A DNA stretch of 64,000 bases from Octopus vulgaris (GCA_951406725.2 OX597837.1:1426001-1490000); one strand, 5' to 3'. Shown: positions 1 through 17,060, counted from the stretch's first letter. Numbers and translations: made by a program. Notes: generated by a model not told the origin, from the sequence alone.

Positions 1-180
1 CAAAATACTTACGGGCTTTACATCCGTCTCTTCTGTTCTGAGTTCAAATTCCGCCGGGTCGACTTTGCCCCTCATTCTTTTGGGGTCGGTAAAATAAGGA
101 CCAGTCGAGCACTGGGGTCGATGTAATCGACTTATCCCAACAGCCGGAATTGCTGACCTTGTGCCAAAAGTTGAAATCAC
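1..180 (+). mobile_element. SINE family B copy (tRNA-like head cut by the window edge; MetaSINE-like central domain)
   Basis: Contains gttctgagttcaaattccgccgggtcgactttgcccctcattcttttggggtcggtaaaataaggaccag...ccttgtgccaaaagttgaaa, which recurs more than 12 times in the window. B-box-like GAGTTCAAATTC is present. The MetaSINE-like label is from recall. Confidence 0.75.
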
Positions 181-1104
181 TAATTTCTCCTTTATAAACA
201 TAGATCAGAATTTCTCTCAGCTTTTCTCCGATCAACGTTTCTGGTTTTCATCAGAGACATCCTACAGAAACCTCGGTTATTTCACTTTGGTGTGAATTGT
301 CTGAGTCAGTGATACTTTGAAGAAAATGCTTATTCCAGATTTCTGCACTCCAAGTTCAATAAACGACATAAGCTTTGCCATTCATATTTCTGGGCGTCTA
401 AAAACTGTAGCACGCATACAGGGTGACTTGGTGCAAACATTAGGTGTCGCCCTTGCGGCATTTGCTTCGGCTCTTTATTCCCTTAAATATTTCATTGGGA
501 TTCTTTTTGATTTCAGCGTTCCCAAATCGATATTATATATATATATATATATATGCACACACACATGCACCGGTGCGATGTTAGTATCACCAAATCAATA
601 GACTACACCTCCATTCCTCGCCATTAGAAACGTGTGGCGTTGCACTCATGTTATCGGTTATTTAAGTGAATGGTTATAAATAATTCGAAATATGAGGTAA
701 TTATAAAATGGTAATTAAATATTCCTGAAACATTTTGAAATGAAATTATTTTTGCAAACAGGAAGGTAATCTTGTTTTAGTTGAAGAATTTTCATGAGAT
801 GGAATTATGCCAAAAATAAAACAACAACAACAATTTAGGTGACGAATGTTTTATGTCTGTATGCATATAGTGTGTATATGTATATTTATATGTATGTTTG
901 TATGTGATGTATTTGTGCGTGTGTGTTTGTTTGTATATGTGGATGTTTGAATATATATGGATATATGCAAATAAGATTGTATGTATATGTTTGTATGTAT
1001 ATGTATTTATGTATCTCTATATGAAAATATAGATGTATGTGTGCATATATGAATAATTATAAGGATGGACGTACGTGCATATGTATGTATGTGTGTGTAT
1101 GTAC

Positions 1105-1155
<51 letters not shown>

Positions 1156-1642
1156 TATTTACGTATTCGTGTATTAGTGTGTGCATATGCATATATGTTT
1201 CTATGTATGTTTGTATGTGCTTGTCTGTATGTGTGTATGTTATTATCAGTTGTATTCTACAGATATTTCCTGCTACGTCGTCGTGTCGTTATGTCAGTTA
1301 AATCGCGTTGACACCAACCACATTTTAACTGCAGTGAATTCATACTACAGCGTATGTAGGTGCTTACACACATCTATCTATCTATCTGTCTATCTATCTA
1401 CATGCATACATGCATACACACACACACACACACATTATAATCGAATGATTCCGATCATCAGCTGGTAAAACAAAACTAAACTCTCTTCAGAAATGAGTGA
1501 CTCCGAATACTGGAAATCGAACCTTTCAGTTATGATGTATTAAAGAATACATTGAATTGAGTCCTGTAATCTATCACTTCTGCGGAGAAAAGAAATCTGT
1601 CGACATATCTAGGTCTCTCTCTCCCTCCCTCACTCTCTCTCT

Positions 1643-2085
1643 CTATATATATGTGTGTGTGTGTGTGTATGTGTGTGCACATATGTATATAAGTATGTGT
1701 GTATAGATATGTATATCTATATATGTGTGTATATATATATATGTATATATGTGTGTATATGTATATATATATATGTATATATATATGCATCGATATATAT
1801 ATATATATATATGAATATATGTGTATATATATATATGTATATGATATATGTATATGATATGTTATATGTATATATATGTATATATATATGCATACATATA
1901 TGTATACATATATATGTATATATATATGTATATATGTGTATATATGTATATATATATATATGTATATATGTATATATATATATATGTATATATGTATATA
2001 TATATATGCATACATATATGTATATATATGCATACGTATATGTATGTATATGTACATATATATATGCATACATATATGTATATAT
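1643..2085. repeat. Compound (TA)n/(TG)n/(TATG)n microsatellite
   Basis: Directly visible; source of the IYIY/MYVY pseudo-ORFs. Confidence 0.95.
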
Positions 2086-2272
2086 CGCTTGACAACCGAT
2101 GCTGGTGTGTTTGCATCACCGTAACTTAGCGGTTCGGCAAAAGAGACTGATAGAATAAGTACTGGGCTTACAAAGAATAAGTCCTGGGGTCGATTTGTTC
2201 GACTAAAGGCGGTGCTCCAGCATGGCCACAGTCTAATGACCGAAACAAGTAAAAAGAGTAAAAAAGAGTATA
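2084..2272 (+). mobile_element. SINE family A, 3' half
   Basis: atcgcttgacaaccgatgctggtgtgttt...gactaaaggcggtgctccagcatggccacagtctaatgaccgaaacaagtaaaaagagt is near-identical to 31514-31675. Confidence 0.85.
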
Positions 2273-2280
2273 ATAAATGC

Positions 2281-2515
2281 GCCCTTTTAAAGCCTAGCCA
2301 GGCTCATGGGCCCGGTTTCAATTGCGTATGTGCAGCCCAGCTGGACAGGACGCCAGTCCATTGCAGCGTTACTCATTTTTGCCAGCTGAGTGGACTGGAG
2401 CAACGTAAAATGAAGTGTTTTGCTCAAGAACACAACGCGTCGCCCGGTCCAGGAATCGAAACCACAATCTTACAATCATGATGCTGACACCCTAACCAAT
2501 ACGCCACGCGCCTCC
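2281..2515 (-). mobile_element. SINE family C (tRNA head plus CORE-like domain)
   Basis: Minus strand reads ggaggcgcgtggcgtattggttagggtgtcagc...ggtttcgattcctgg...ttgtgttcttgagcaaaacacttcattttacgttgctccagtccactcagctggc. Related copies at 24215-24340, 32264-32560, 48319-48609 and 51570-51700. Confidence 0.75.
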
Positions 2516-2535
2516 ACATGTGTATATATATATAT

Positions 2536-4916
<2,381 letters not shown>

Positions 4917-5429
4917 GAGTGTGTATATATAATATACTCACATACTACTGTGTGTATGCATGTGTATATCTGTTTTATCACGTGCGTCTGTGTGTCTGGA
5001 AAGAAATATTTTTCCTATGAATCAATTCCGCTAATGTTATAACATACATGTATACAATATTGTGTACCCTATATATATATTGCCGTTCACAAAATCATAA
5101 ACATTGAAACTCCCTCGCACGCATACAGACACAAAGTTCCTCGACGCCACCCACAACTCCCTCGGATTTCAACGATATATGATATGCATGCTCGAAAAAA
5201 TTCGAATTCAGACTCCACATCATATCTCACCGCCAAGCCACTCCCTACACCGCTACGCTCTATCCTTCACTCCTCACTGTGGCACAATCTCCTCGCTACG
5301 CCTCATGTTACGCCACTCCGTTTCCCTTCCACGTGGCGGCCATGTAAACTCGCCACATCGCCACGCCACCAAGAAACGAAAGTACTTTCATAGAACCGAT
5401 ACTAGACTGCAGCCTTAACACTACCGTTC

Positions 5430-5775
5430 ACTAATAACCACCATCACCACCACCATCACCACCACCACCACCACCACCACCACCACACCTCCAGCAATAA
5501 CAGCAAAGGTGTCGCTACTACGAACAAAATTACTACCTCCGACACCATGACCACTAATACTAGCACCACAGCTGTCCCTACCATTCTCATGAATGCTACC
5601 ACCAGCCAACACCAACCGGTACCACTGTTACTACCACCGCAACCATCTCTCGCCAACGACTCTACCAACAGAACCGCCTTAACCAACAACAACAGTATCA
5701 ACTTCTACCACCATCACTACAACTACCACCACTACACTTACTACCACTCCAAGCACGACCATCACCACCCATACA
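5430..5775. repeat. (ACC)n/(ACT)n-rich cryptic trinucleotide low-complexity tract
   Basis: accaccaccacc... decaying into actacc and aacaac variants. Confidence 0.8.
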
Positions 5776-6582
5776 ATCAACATACATAAGCCACACGCCT
5801 CCTCCCCCACATCCGCCTCCCCTTTGCCCTCATCTCACCACCTGCGACCCTCTTAGACTCCAGTTAACCCAACCAGATAATTCTTAAGCTTATCAACCTC
5901 TTTCCCCCCCTCACAATCCCTCTGTCTGTCTGTCTGACTCTCTATATCTCTTTTTCATATTTCTCTCTTCTCTTCTATATCTCTTTGTTTCCTTCTCTCT
6001 CTGTCTCTCTCCCCCTCTCTAACCGTCTGTCTGTCATCCTTCTTCTCTCCCTCTCTCTCTGTCACCTCTCTCATTGTCTTCCTACTTCTCTGTCATTTTT
6101 GTGTCTTCGCTCTCTCTCTCTCCCTCTCCTACATATAAACGTGCACCGCAGATTCTGATTTACATCCCCCTCCCTCTCTCTGTCTGTCTCTCTCTCTCTC
6201 TCTGTCTGTCTCTCTCTCTCTTACTCACCCACACGGCCCCGACACCAACACACAGCGCAGTGCTAGGTCAGTTCTCTCCTCCCAGCCTCAATAAAATGTA
6301 TTACGGTAAACTAAACTATTTCCTACGCCCAACTAAACCTGCATCGCTTTCAAAATATGAACAACAGCATCATCATCATCAACAACAACAACGATAACAA
6401 CAGTCACAACAACAGTAACAACAACAACAATAATAATAACAATAATAATAATAACAATAATAATAATAGCAACATCAATAAAACAACAAGAAATAAATAA
6501 AATGTTTATATTTTTATTTTATTTAAACACATTATCTCCTTGAAAGGACATGAAAACCATTTATATTTGCTGGTGTGTATGA

Positions 6583-6632
<50 letters not shown>

Positions 6633-8063
6633 ATGTTTCTCTATATACATTCACACGCGTGTGAATACGCGCCCGCGCACACAGCGTATTAATGTGCGCG
6701 TTCAAATACACAAACGTATATTATGTCTGTATGTGTATATTTATATACATATATATGGTTGTGTATGAATGGATACACACATACACACACACGTATATGC
6801 GTGTGTGTGTGTGAAATATGTACGTATGTATGAATGGATATATATATATATATAAAGAGAGAGGGAGCTTAATATTAATTACAAGAATGAGCATGCAATA
6901 GCAGTGGATATGGAATATCATTCCCCCCTAATATATATATATATATATATATATCTATATTGATGCCCCAGCATGACCTCAGTCTAACGACAGATACGAG
7001 TAAAAGGAAAATATAAACACACACGTGTGTGAATGTATGTGTGTGAGCGCGCATGCATACGAAGCTCTCACCTCTTGAGTCCACGATATGACTTTACAGT
7101 CGATTAAAATCATCGATAAAGTTACGTATACACTTTCACGTCCATACACGGCTATATATACATTTTATGACTTTGTGCGTATATGTGTTCGTGTGTCTAT
7201 GTTTCGTAATTAACAATGTGTTGGGATTTGATCTCAGCGCATTAAATTAAGGAAACTAAAATCGAATTCTGTTTTTACTCTACTCCAAGTTAAAATACTT
7301 CCCCTGTGAAGTGGAATTTTATTGGCGCGCTGAATACAGAAAACGAAGTTCTCGACCTTCCGACTGCCATACTCCGATTGCAATCATCACCAAAGCCCAG
7401 CTACAACTTTCCCATTAATTAGAGTAATTAAGATTTAATTCATGAAAATTTTAATTCATTTTGACAAGCCTCAAATATTCTTTAATTTAAGGATGGTTTT
7501 TATTTTCAATCTTCGTCAATTATGGCGCCTTTTGGGAAAAGTGTAAGCGTTACTACATCTCATTATCAATGCCAAAATAGTGGCATTTTAAGTAAGCCCA
7601 AAGGATATGCAAAGGAGGGCGTCTATTTCACTAAAATATAGAAAGTTTTCGTAGCGAGATAATTGCTACATCTCAGCCTCTCGCTATTTGAGCTCGATCA
7701 AACAAAGTATCAATGAATTATTGGGGTCGATATAAACTATTCTCAATCACCAACACTTCTGTTCTGGTGCGTGTATTAGAGATCAATATTAGGCCTCAAA
7801 GACCAAAGACTGTTTTCATTTCGAAGAAATTCCTCACTCGCATTCACTAACTTTGAAGTAATTACCAAGCAATTACCAAAACATTGTCTCACCTTTATTT
7901 CCTCATATACAGTAGTTTATTGTAGGGAGCAACGTGAACAGATTTAGTTGATATCTAAAAATATCGAGTGCGTTATACTACAATACACGAACACAGAACA
8001 CAAACACGCACAGTGGATATACGTACTTACATAATTACATTCGTCAGTGCATCTGTCTGTCTG

Positions 8064-8123
<60 letters not shown>

Positions 8124-9336
8124 TTGCCTCTTTATCTGCTTGTTCATATCTATAGCTATCTATATAAATCCCTACAAACAAATTTTACATACGTACCATC
8201 GACAAATACTAACAGTAACAGAAACGGTCAACTCTCTTGCAACTGTTATAAATGCATCACCCCTGACATTGAAGGCTACGTTTTCAAAATACAGAGATAC
8301 TATTTGCAAGAGTGAGAAGAATGCTACTAAACTTCCACTTTGCAATAGAAAATGTTGATTCTGTGCGACCAATGTGGAAGACATGGCACACATGTCACAA
8401 ACGAGCCTAAAATGCCTGCTGGCTTCTAACTTCTCATAGATACGACTTCGATATTAAAACCGTCTACAACGTTATACGCAGAAAACCGTCCCAATGGTCA
8501 TATCATAGCCACACCAGAGCTAAAACCAGAATGTACCTTTAGAAATAATTAATACAGGTAGAACATTCCAATATAAACATCAATCCTGTGTAAAAGCAGT
8601 GGAGCATTTGTTTTACGAGACAGGAAACAGGGTACTGTTGGGGTGGGGGTGTCAGCAATTTAGCATATTTAAATGATGGCTGAAATATTGGGGTAGGGGA
8701 GAAGATTTATTAAAAAGGAAACATTTATGGTTGTTATATCGAGGTTATTGATTTAATTTGGATCTGTTATGCGCTGGGATAAGTGGCAAGGAATTAGCAT
8801 GCAGATCTAGAAATGTTGGATTTCTGAGAAAGGAAAAAGAAAATAAACGAATTGAGTCACTTTCTTCAAATAAAATGGGTGGAAATTTGAAAAATATTCT
8901 TCGAAATCTCTGTTTGAGACTCCAGCACTGAAAACGTGCACACAACACATGTAGATATAGAAATCATATACGCACATGTACATGCTTATCACGCGCGCGC
9001 GAATATCTACACACACCTGAGCAGTCATGAAACACACTCATTACATGAGAGAAAGTTCATACACGGATGCAGCCAAACGTCTTTACATATTCACAGCAAT
9101 TCAAGAGGTGTTACAACTTTAAAAACAAATCTTTGTGACTTTGTTAGCGATCAGCGAAGGAAAATAGTTATAGGAATTTCTAAGACAAATCTGCAAACAT
9201 ACAGGCGTAGCTGTATGGTAAGAAGCTTGCTTCCCAACCACATGCTCTCGGGTTCAGTCCCACTAGGTGGCAACGTGTAAGACGGTGGAAAAAATCGCTA
9301 ATGATTCACATGTGGTTGCACTTTGAATATATATAT

Positions 9337-9375
<39 letters not shown>

Positions 9376-9925
9376 GATTAAAGAAACGCAAGATGGATAT
9401 TGAATAGGAATCTGTATTCAAGACGGGGATCGTTTCAGTCCATCCTCCAGCTGTCCCTTAGGATTAGGATATTCTGCATCTTGCTCTGTAGCATCAATCA
9501 GTGCAGGCTTTTATTCCTTTCGGGCGTTTGGTATTAAAAAAAAGGAGAAATCCCACCAGATATACTGAGTTCTCCTTGGCATGTTGTTCCCACTCGTTGT
9601 ACCTCTTTGCTTAAATGCATCTTCCATTTCCTTCATCAATTATGAACTGATCGAGCAACACGGATTTCCTGACGTAGATCCTGTGAAACTTATATCGTAA
9701 CTGTGGATGGCATCAGGTAGCCCAACATAAACGTGCTTTAATCGACATACAAATATAGAGTTGTATTTGTATAAATATATAAATAAAATATAGTTATATC
9801 TATATAGATATATAAATTTCTCTGTGTGTGTAGATATAGATATAGACTAGTAATCTCTGTTCTGAGAAGGAGCGTATTGCATTTTAATGCAATCCCTTTT
9901 CTCTCTATCTATCTATTTTTCTCCG

Positions 9926-10032
<107 letters not shown>

Positions 10033-10276
10033 CATACATACATACATACATACATACGCACATTTGTATGCATACATAATTGTGCCACGGTAATGCAAGC
10101 AAACACATACCCACGGTGCTAGACATTGTTGCGAGGCGAACCTAACAACACGGTTATTCTAACAGCCTGTATTGTGTAGAATATGAAAATCCATAACTTT
10201 CTCACCACTGAATAGAGAAAAAAAAACATGCTTCGTTGACAACGTACATTTATTTATAGTTGTGTCATAAATGGGT

Positions 10277-10312
<36 letters not shown>

Positions 10313-10353
10313 GTAATAATAATAATAATAAATAATAATAATAATAATAATAA

Positions 10354-10392
<39 letters not shown>

Positions 10393-10444
10393 TTTTAAGA
10401 GAAATTTCAAAAGAGAGAAAGAGAGACTATGAGATTACTTTTAT

Positions 10445-10494
<50 letters not shown>

Positions 10495-11840
10495 TGTATG
10501 TATACGCTCCCATCCACTCACATACAATCATATAGATATGTATGTATGCGTGTGTGAATATATGATATATGTATGAATTGATGTCACCAGCCATCTTCTG
10601 CCTCATAATACATAATCTGTCAAATAACTTCTAAGTGATTATGCATGTATGTGTGCGTTTATGTACGTGTCTGTGTGTGTGTGTGTGTGTGTGTAGATTG
10701 GGAAGTGGGGCATGTTATGTTGTCTGATAAATCTTTTGATGACAGTTTCATAGTTTTGAAGTTTAAAGAGAATGGAACGGAGTTCTGATGACACAGCTTG
10801 CCAAGATAAAATTATATATATATATAGACATACACACACACATACAGAATTTATCGCACATGTATATCACATATATACATTTATCGCTTGTCCATATATA
10901 TATGTGTGTGTGTTTATATATATATATATATATAGGCATATATATGTGTATGTATATGTATGTATTTATACATATGTATGTGTTTCTATGTGTGAGTCGA
11001 TAACAAAAATATTTCTCAAAACTCTTGAAACAAAACAACAAAATATATTCTAAAAGAAAGAAATAACAAATACAAAAAAATGACTTAAATGGGTCTCGAT
11101 AGAAGGATTTTGAAGCTGTTTGCTTGGATGGGTCAGAAGCCGGGTCGTTTGGGTATGACGGTAGGTAGGTAATTGATAGGGTGGTTATTATTTGAGTGGT
11201 TGTTTGTGTAGATGGTTGGGTAGTTGGTTCGGTTCAGGCAGGGATTTAGCAGGCATTTCAGAGATTTTACCCGCTTTCTGTTGTAAAATAATAAAAAATA
11301 AACAAAGGTTCATTTGGAATAGCTGAGGAAGTTTCGATGGTGGCATTTATAGGGAGGATGGAAGAGCGATGTGGCGGTAATAGTATTGGTGATGTATATG
11401 GCGGTGACAGTGTGCGCTGGGACTGCAAGTTTGTGAGTGAATATTTTAGTGGGTGGGGTGAGGTGATGTTGTGGGGTGGTTGAGATTTGGGGAATCTGTG
11501 TGGCTTCGATCGATGCTGGGAATATTTTCGTTTATTCATTTGCTTTATTCTAATGTATGCCTTGTTTTTAAAATAGGAACAAGTTCTGCGTGTATGTGCA
11601 CTTACGTGTGTGTGTGTGAGTGCAGTTGTATGGGATTTTTAGGCAGTGCCTTTTTTGCCTTTATGTGTGTGTATGTTTGTAGGTGCAAACGTGCGTGTCT
11701 CTGTGTGTAAAACTGTGCAATTGTATGTGTACATGTGTGCACTGTTTGTTTATGAATGCGTGTGTATATTGTTGTACGGTTATGTATGATTTTGAAATTC
11801 TGCGTGTCAGCTTTTCTTACGTGCATGTTTGCGTGTGTAT

Positions 11841-11886
<46 letters not shown>

Positions 11887-12962
11887 ATATATATATACTC
11901 ACACGCGCACATATGTGTGTACAATTGTTTGCATAGTTGTGTTTGTCTTTAAATCTATGCGTATTTAACAGTTTGTGTGTGTGTATGTGTGTGTGTGTTT
12001 ACGTTCGCCTGTATATATGTGGTGGGGAACGGGTATTGAGAGAGCTTCCAGTTCAAGGATGGCTTGGGTGAATTTTAGAATCGGATTGCAAAAATGCAGG
12101 GGACGGAATGGAAGAACAAATAGTCAAACAAGAAAAAGATGAGGAAAGCCGGAGAGATGGCGAGTCGGCGAGACATCGAGATGGTGAGGTGGCGAGGTAG
12201 CATGTTTGCGAGATGATATGGTGTCGCTGTAAGCACGGGTATGGAAGTGGCTGGATGGGGAGAAATTGTGTAATGCGAGGACTCACTGCAAAGAGACCGG
12301 CTTTTTCTTGTAAAGGTCCTGGAAAAAAAAATCCCCAAAAGCAGCGTAAAATGCTGTAAGCACAAGTCGCCATTTTTCTACAGTGAGTTCGGCTTAGTCG
12401 CTGGTGGAGGTGCGGTGGATGATGTAGGTTGGTGGGAGGCATGAAGGGGAAGGACACCGCTAAAACAATCATGTCAGCAACTATTCATGCACACACATAT
12501 ATAAAGGGCTTTATCGCTGGAAATCTTCGACAACATATAAAATACATTTGCCTCATAAGCTATTATTTCGTTGTTTATACATGCGTTTTTTTCCACCGTC
12601 GTTTACTATTATCATTACTATTGTTATTAATATTTCTCCCGTCTAATGTACTCCTCGTCCATCGCCCTTGTGGCTATCATAAAACAAATTATTATTATTA
12701 TTATTATTATTAAAATTGCCTTATTTTCTTATATTTAGTTCATTATTTATGTATACATTTTTATATATTTATATATAGTTATATTTGTTTTTCATCGATA
12801 CACTCCGATCACCTTCTGATATAATTTACATATGCACGCCTTTGCGCGTGGATGTGTGCATGTATGTGTGTGTGTGTGTATGTGCGTGTGTTTTCTGTAT
12901 ATATATATCATATTATATAATATATTGCGCTCATGCACGCATACGTACACAGGCTTAAGTAA

Positions 12963-12999
<37 letters not shown>

Positions 13000-13049
13000 A
13001 TCAATCAATAAATATATACGAAGCGACTCCAAACTGTCCGTCCCAGACA

Positions 13050-14135
13050 TCGCCCCATTCTATCTCTTCATCTCTCTTTTATCTCAGCATCTCCCTCCTC
13101 CCTTTTCTTCTAGCATCTCTCTTGCGGTCTATCTGTCTGTCTCTCTTTGTCTCTCTCGTTTTCTTTTTCAAGCCTCTTCCTTTTTTACTTTGGGGGTCAT
13201 TCTTCTCATCACCTCTCTCTCTTCTTTCTCTCGCTTCTCTCTATCCTCTCTCTCTCCCCTTGCCTCCTCTATCTGTGTCATGTCCCTTTCTCTTCTTGCT
13301 CCCCTTTCTCTCCCTTCCTTCGCTGTCTCTCTCTCCCTCTACCCCTCTCACCTCCTCTCCCGAAAGCTCTCCCACTCTTATTCACCTCTCTTAATCTCTT
13401 TTATTGCCTTCTCTTCTCTGACCAAAAGTTTCGTAATTTTTCGTCTATTTTCCTTCCCTCTCTCTCTCTCTTTTTCCTACGACCACACACACACACACTT
13501 TCCCCCTCTTTCTCTCAGCATTCTATACTTCTACTCAACTGATGTCACTACCTCTCTCTCCTTCTCCGTCTCTCTCTCAACCTCTCTCGGTCTTTCTTCT
13601 CCTGTTTTTCTCCGTTACTCTCTCGAAGCCTCTCATAACCTCTCTCTATTGCTCACTCTACTTCTATCTCTCTCTCTACTTCTATCTCTCTCTATCTCTT
13701 CCCTCTCTCCCTCTCTTTATATCAGCCTTTTTCTCCACCTCTCACTTCATCTCTCTCCATTTTCTCTGCCTCTTTTTTCATTTCTTTCTCTCTATTTCTC
13801 TACATCTCTCCCTCTTCATCTCTTTTCATTTCTCTCTCTCTCTCTCTCTCTCTCTGCTTATTTCTCTCTTTCTCACTTTGCACCTCTCTCTGCCTCTCTC
13901 ATACTCTGCTCCTTCACTCTCTACATATTCTTCTCCCTCTTCCTTCCTCTCCCCCTCTGCCTCTCACTCCACTAGTCTTTCTTTCTACTTCTTTCTCTCT
14001 CTCTTCCCCCTCTCTATTTTCTCGCCCCTTTCTCTCTCTCTCTCAATCTCTCGATACTCTCCATCCACCCTCCCTGTTCTTCCCCTCGCCCTTCTTCCCC
14101 CACCACCAACCCTTCTTCCTCAATTTCCCCCTATA
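13050..14135. repeat. About 1.1 kb polypyrimidine (CT-rich) tract
   Basis: Plus strand is overwhelmingly C/T with (CT)n cores. Confidence 0.92.
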
Positions 14136-14437
14136 CTTAGTGATTAAGCAAATCAGAGTTATTTTAATTGTTGCCGCTCGAATAAACCAGAGTTTCTTTC
14201 TAAGTCCCCAAACGAACTCCCTTCCTCATCCTCAGTCGCCACCCTAAACTGAGTTCACGATTCCCCTCCCAATCCAAACCCCTCCTGTTCCCTATTCGTA
14301 TAGTTTACAGTGACGTCATCGAGTCGTCATAACAGGATGTGGAAGATAACCATTACCGCCTCTCGTCTGATGGCCCTTTCCCTCACGTCCTTTCATCGAA
14401 GCTCCGCACTGTCATTCATATATATGCATACACAGGC

Positions 14438-14509
<72 letters not shown>

Positions 14510-14517
14510 TATATATT

Positions 14518-14878
14518 CTCTTGTTTCAGTCATCTTCACTGTGACCATGCTGGAGCATCACCTTTAGTCGAACAAATCTATCCCAGGACTTATTCTTTCT
14601 AAACCTAGTACTTATTCTATCGGTCTCTTTTGCCGAACCGCAAAGATACGGGGACATAAACACACCAACAACGATCGACAAGCAATGGTGGAGGGGACAA
14701 ACACACACACAACCACATACACATATATACGACGGGCTTCTTTCAGTTTCCGTCTACCAAATCCACTCATAGGCTTTGGTTGGCTTGAGGCTATAGTAGA
14801 AGACACTTGCCCATTGTGCTACACAGTGGGACTGAACCCGGAACCATGTGGTTGGGAAGCAAGCTACTTACCACACAG
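14518..14878 (-). mobile_element. SINE family A, near full length with internal (CA/TA)n
   Basis: Reverse complement of the 31303-31675 copy: head gctgtgtggtaagtagcttgc...gggttcagtccc, tail ...ctccagcatggtcacagtg...actgaaacaag. Confidence 0.85.
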
Positions 14879-15599
14879 CGACTCTCTCTCTCTCTCTTTT
14901 TCTATATGTATATATGTACTTGCATAAATGTAAACATAAGCACGCATGCGCTTACAGTTACGTAAAAATATTCCCTCATGCATTGATGTTACAAACATAC
15001 ACACGCCTGCACACAAACACATATACACACACACACACACACACATATGAATGCATACTTACATGCAGACACACACACACACACACATACTTGCACACAT
15101 GCATACACCACTGTAGAAAGTGAATAATTCCTGTTTGCAAGAGAATTGGATGTAATTTGAGTCTGGTTTGGCTTTCATTTCTCGCAGGTTGAGTTCATGC
15201 ACACGTTCCCTGGATATCTTGCTCAACATGTGTATGTATATGCGGGTATGTATATATACATCTGTGTATATCTCTGCGTATATATACTTGAATAACGGGA
15301 AGATACTGGCTAGAGCTGGTGACTTCTACATAAACAGTGATCCTGACAGAATCTATGTTAAGAGGAGGGCTGGAATGAGTGGGATGCGATCTGTCCAGAT
15401 GGTCTTTTAGTAGATTATCGTATTACTATCAGACAACACGTAAAGAATAGTAAAGAGGGCAATGACTATATCGTATTTTTATTCAATAGTGAACAACAGT
15501 GCCATCTCGAGTGTAAGTGAATAACTGAATAAGTACGTGAATGCACAGCTTTTCTGGGTGACAGAAGGAATAGCTGCACTAACCTATCTAGAGAAAATT

Positions 15600-16030
15600 A
15601 TACATTGGTACAAGTTTCGTAAGCTTAAAGGTAAACTCCGATATTGACGGGAAAATACCATCTCCTTAATTTCCAATAGATACACCCCATCGAATTTAGA
15701 AATATAAAGATTCTCCTCCTATGTAGCAATAAATAACTACCAATATCTGGACAGCAGCAGATAAGAATGTTGGGATAAAAACCAATGTCGCTTGTATCGT
15801 AGCAATTTTGAAACTAACAAAACATATGAAGAATGGAATGTGTCGCCCTGAAGGGGCAGCAGTCACCTAAAACGCATCAATGACCCCACCCAATCCATGA
15901 GAAACATTTCTCAGCTGTTCTTCAACCAACTTGTATATACTGAATGTCGGGACATGCACCGGGATCATTCTCACCAATCCAGCAGTGAATTTTGGCAAAT
16001 TGGCTCCAAATCTTTCATTTTAGTTGATGT
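15600..16030 (+). mobile_element. Degenerate Penelope-like element relic (tentative)
   Basis: acagcagcagataagaatgttgggata translates to TAADKNVGI, resembling the ADK motif that precedes PLE RT domains. Surrounding frames are broken. Confidence 0.3.
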
Positions 16031-16067
16031 TGTGTGGTTTCTCCACATTAAAAGAAATTATTGATAC

Positions 16068-16254
16068 AGGCGCAGGTGTAGCTGTGGAGTAAGAAGTTTT
16101 CTGCCAAATCACATGGTTCTGGGTTCAGTCCCACTGCGTCGCACTTCGGGCAAGTGTCTTCTACTATAGCCTCTGGCCGGCCAAAGCCTTATGAATTGAT
16201 TTGGTAGACGGAAACTGAAAGAAGCCCATCGTGTGTGTGTGTATGCGTATGTAT

Positions 16255-16288
<34 letters not shown>

Positions 16289-16475
16289 TCACTACTTCAC
16301 CGCTGTTGGTATGTTTACGTTCCAGTAACTTTGCGGTTCGGCAAAAGTCACTGATAGAATAAGTACCGAAATTCAAAAAAATGAATGAATGTAGTGGGGA
16401 TGATTTATTCGACTAATATTCTTCATTGCGGTGCCCTAGTATGGCCGCAGTTTAATGACTGAAACAAAGAAAAGA
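16068..16475 (+). mobile_element. SINE family A, full length, diverged
   Basis: Head aggcgcaggtgtagctgtggagtaagaag...gggttcagtcccactgcg, internal (GT)n, tail gcggtgccctagtatggccgcagtttaatgactgaaac. Confidence 0.82.
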
Positions 16476-16504
16476 AAACAAGGTAAATATTTAAAACTTG
16501 TTAC

Positions 16505-16665
16505 TTTTATCAGATGGGGATTGTATTGACCCCCTATACGGTATTTTATTGTATCAATCCCGTGGAAATGAAAGGTTAAGTTGACTTCGGCGGGATTTGA
16601 ACTCAGAACGTATAGAGCCGAAACAAACACGCTAAACCTTTTTCCCGATGCTCCAATGATTCGGT
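16505..16665 (-). mobile_element. SINE family B copy
   Basis: tgaaaggttaagttgacttcggcgggatttgaactcagaacgt is the reverse complement of the family B core. Confidence 0.7.
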
Positions 16666-16864
16666 TAATCCACATGAAAATAATAGCACATTTTGTCTGT
16701 TCTCGCTTAGTAACGAGCCATCAGAATTTAAGAATGATATCTTCGTCAATTTAATCAACTTTACTACTTCATTGGTTTATAATTTATCGTCCAAAGAAAA
16801 TGCAACACAATGAGAACTGGCAGATATTGAACGAAGATCGGCTACTGCAGCTTCTACCCATAGA

Positions 16865-17060
16865 GCATATTCAATATATTAGAAATAGTAGCCAAATATT
16901 TCCTCCTAAAACCACAAACTAGTATCTTAAAAAGCGGAAAGACAAATTAGATAACGTTTTCCTAAATATTTCTAAAGAGAGAGATCATAGCTGGAATGCT
17001 TTTGATCATGTGACTTTTGGATTAAAGCTGAGCAAGGCGAAAGCAACCACACAACATCAA
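16865..17060 (+). mobile_element. Unclassified interspersed repeat family E, ending in (CAA)n-like tail
   Basis: tagaaatagtagccaaat...gatcatagctggaatgcttttgatc recurs at 20315-20465 (-), 43150-43245, 47720-47800, 47915-47960, 49395-49440 (-), 49460-49612, 49650-49740 and 50095-50270, several ending ctgacctggggt/ctaaacaac. Confidence 0.6.

Noticed and set aside
9376-9660. Possible mariner relic (LSIWWD on the minus strand); similar weak traces at 260-530 and 58150-58450
   Set aside because: One short motif each; I cannot extend the frames enough to support a call.
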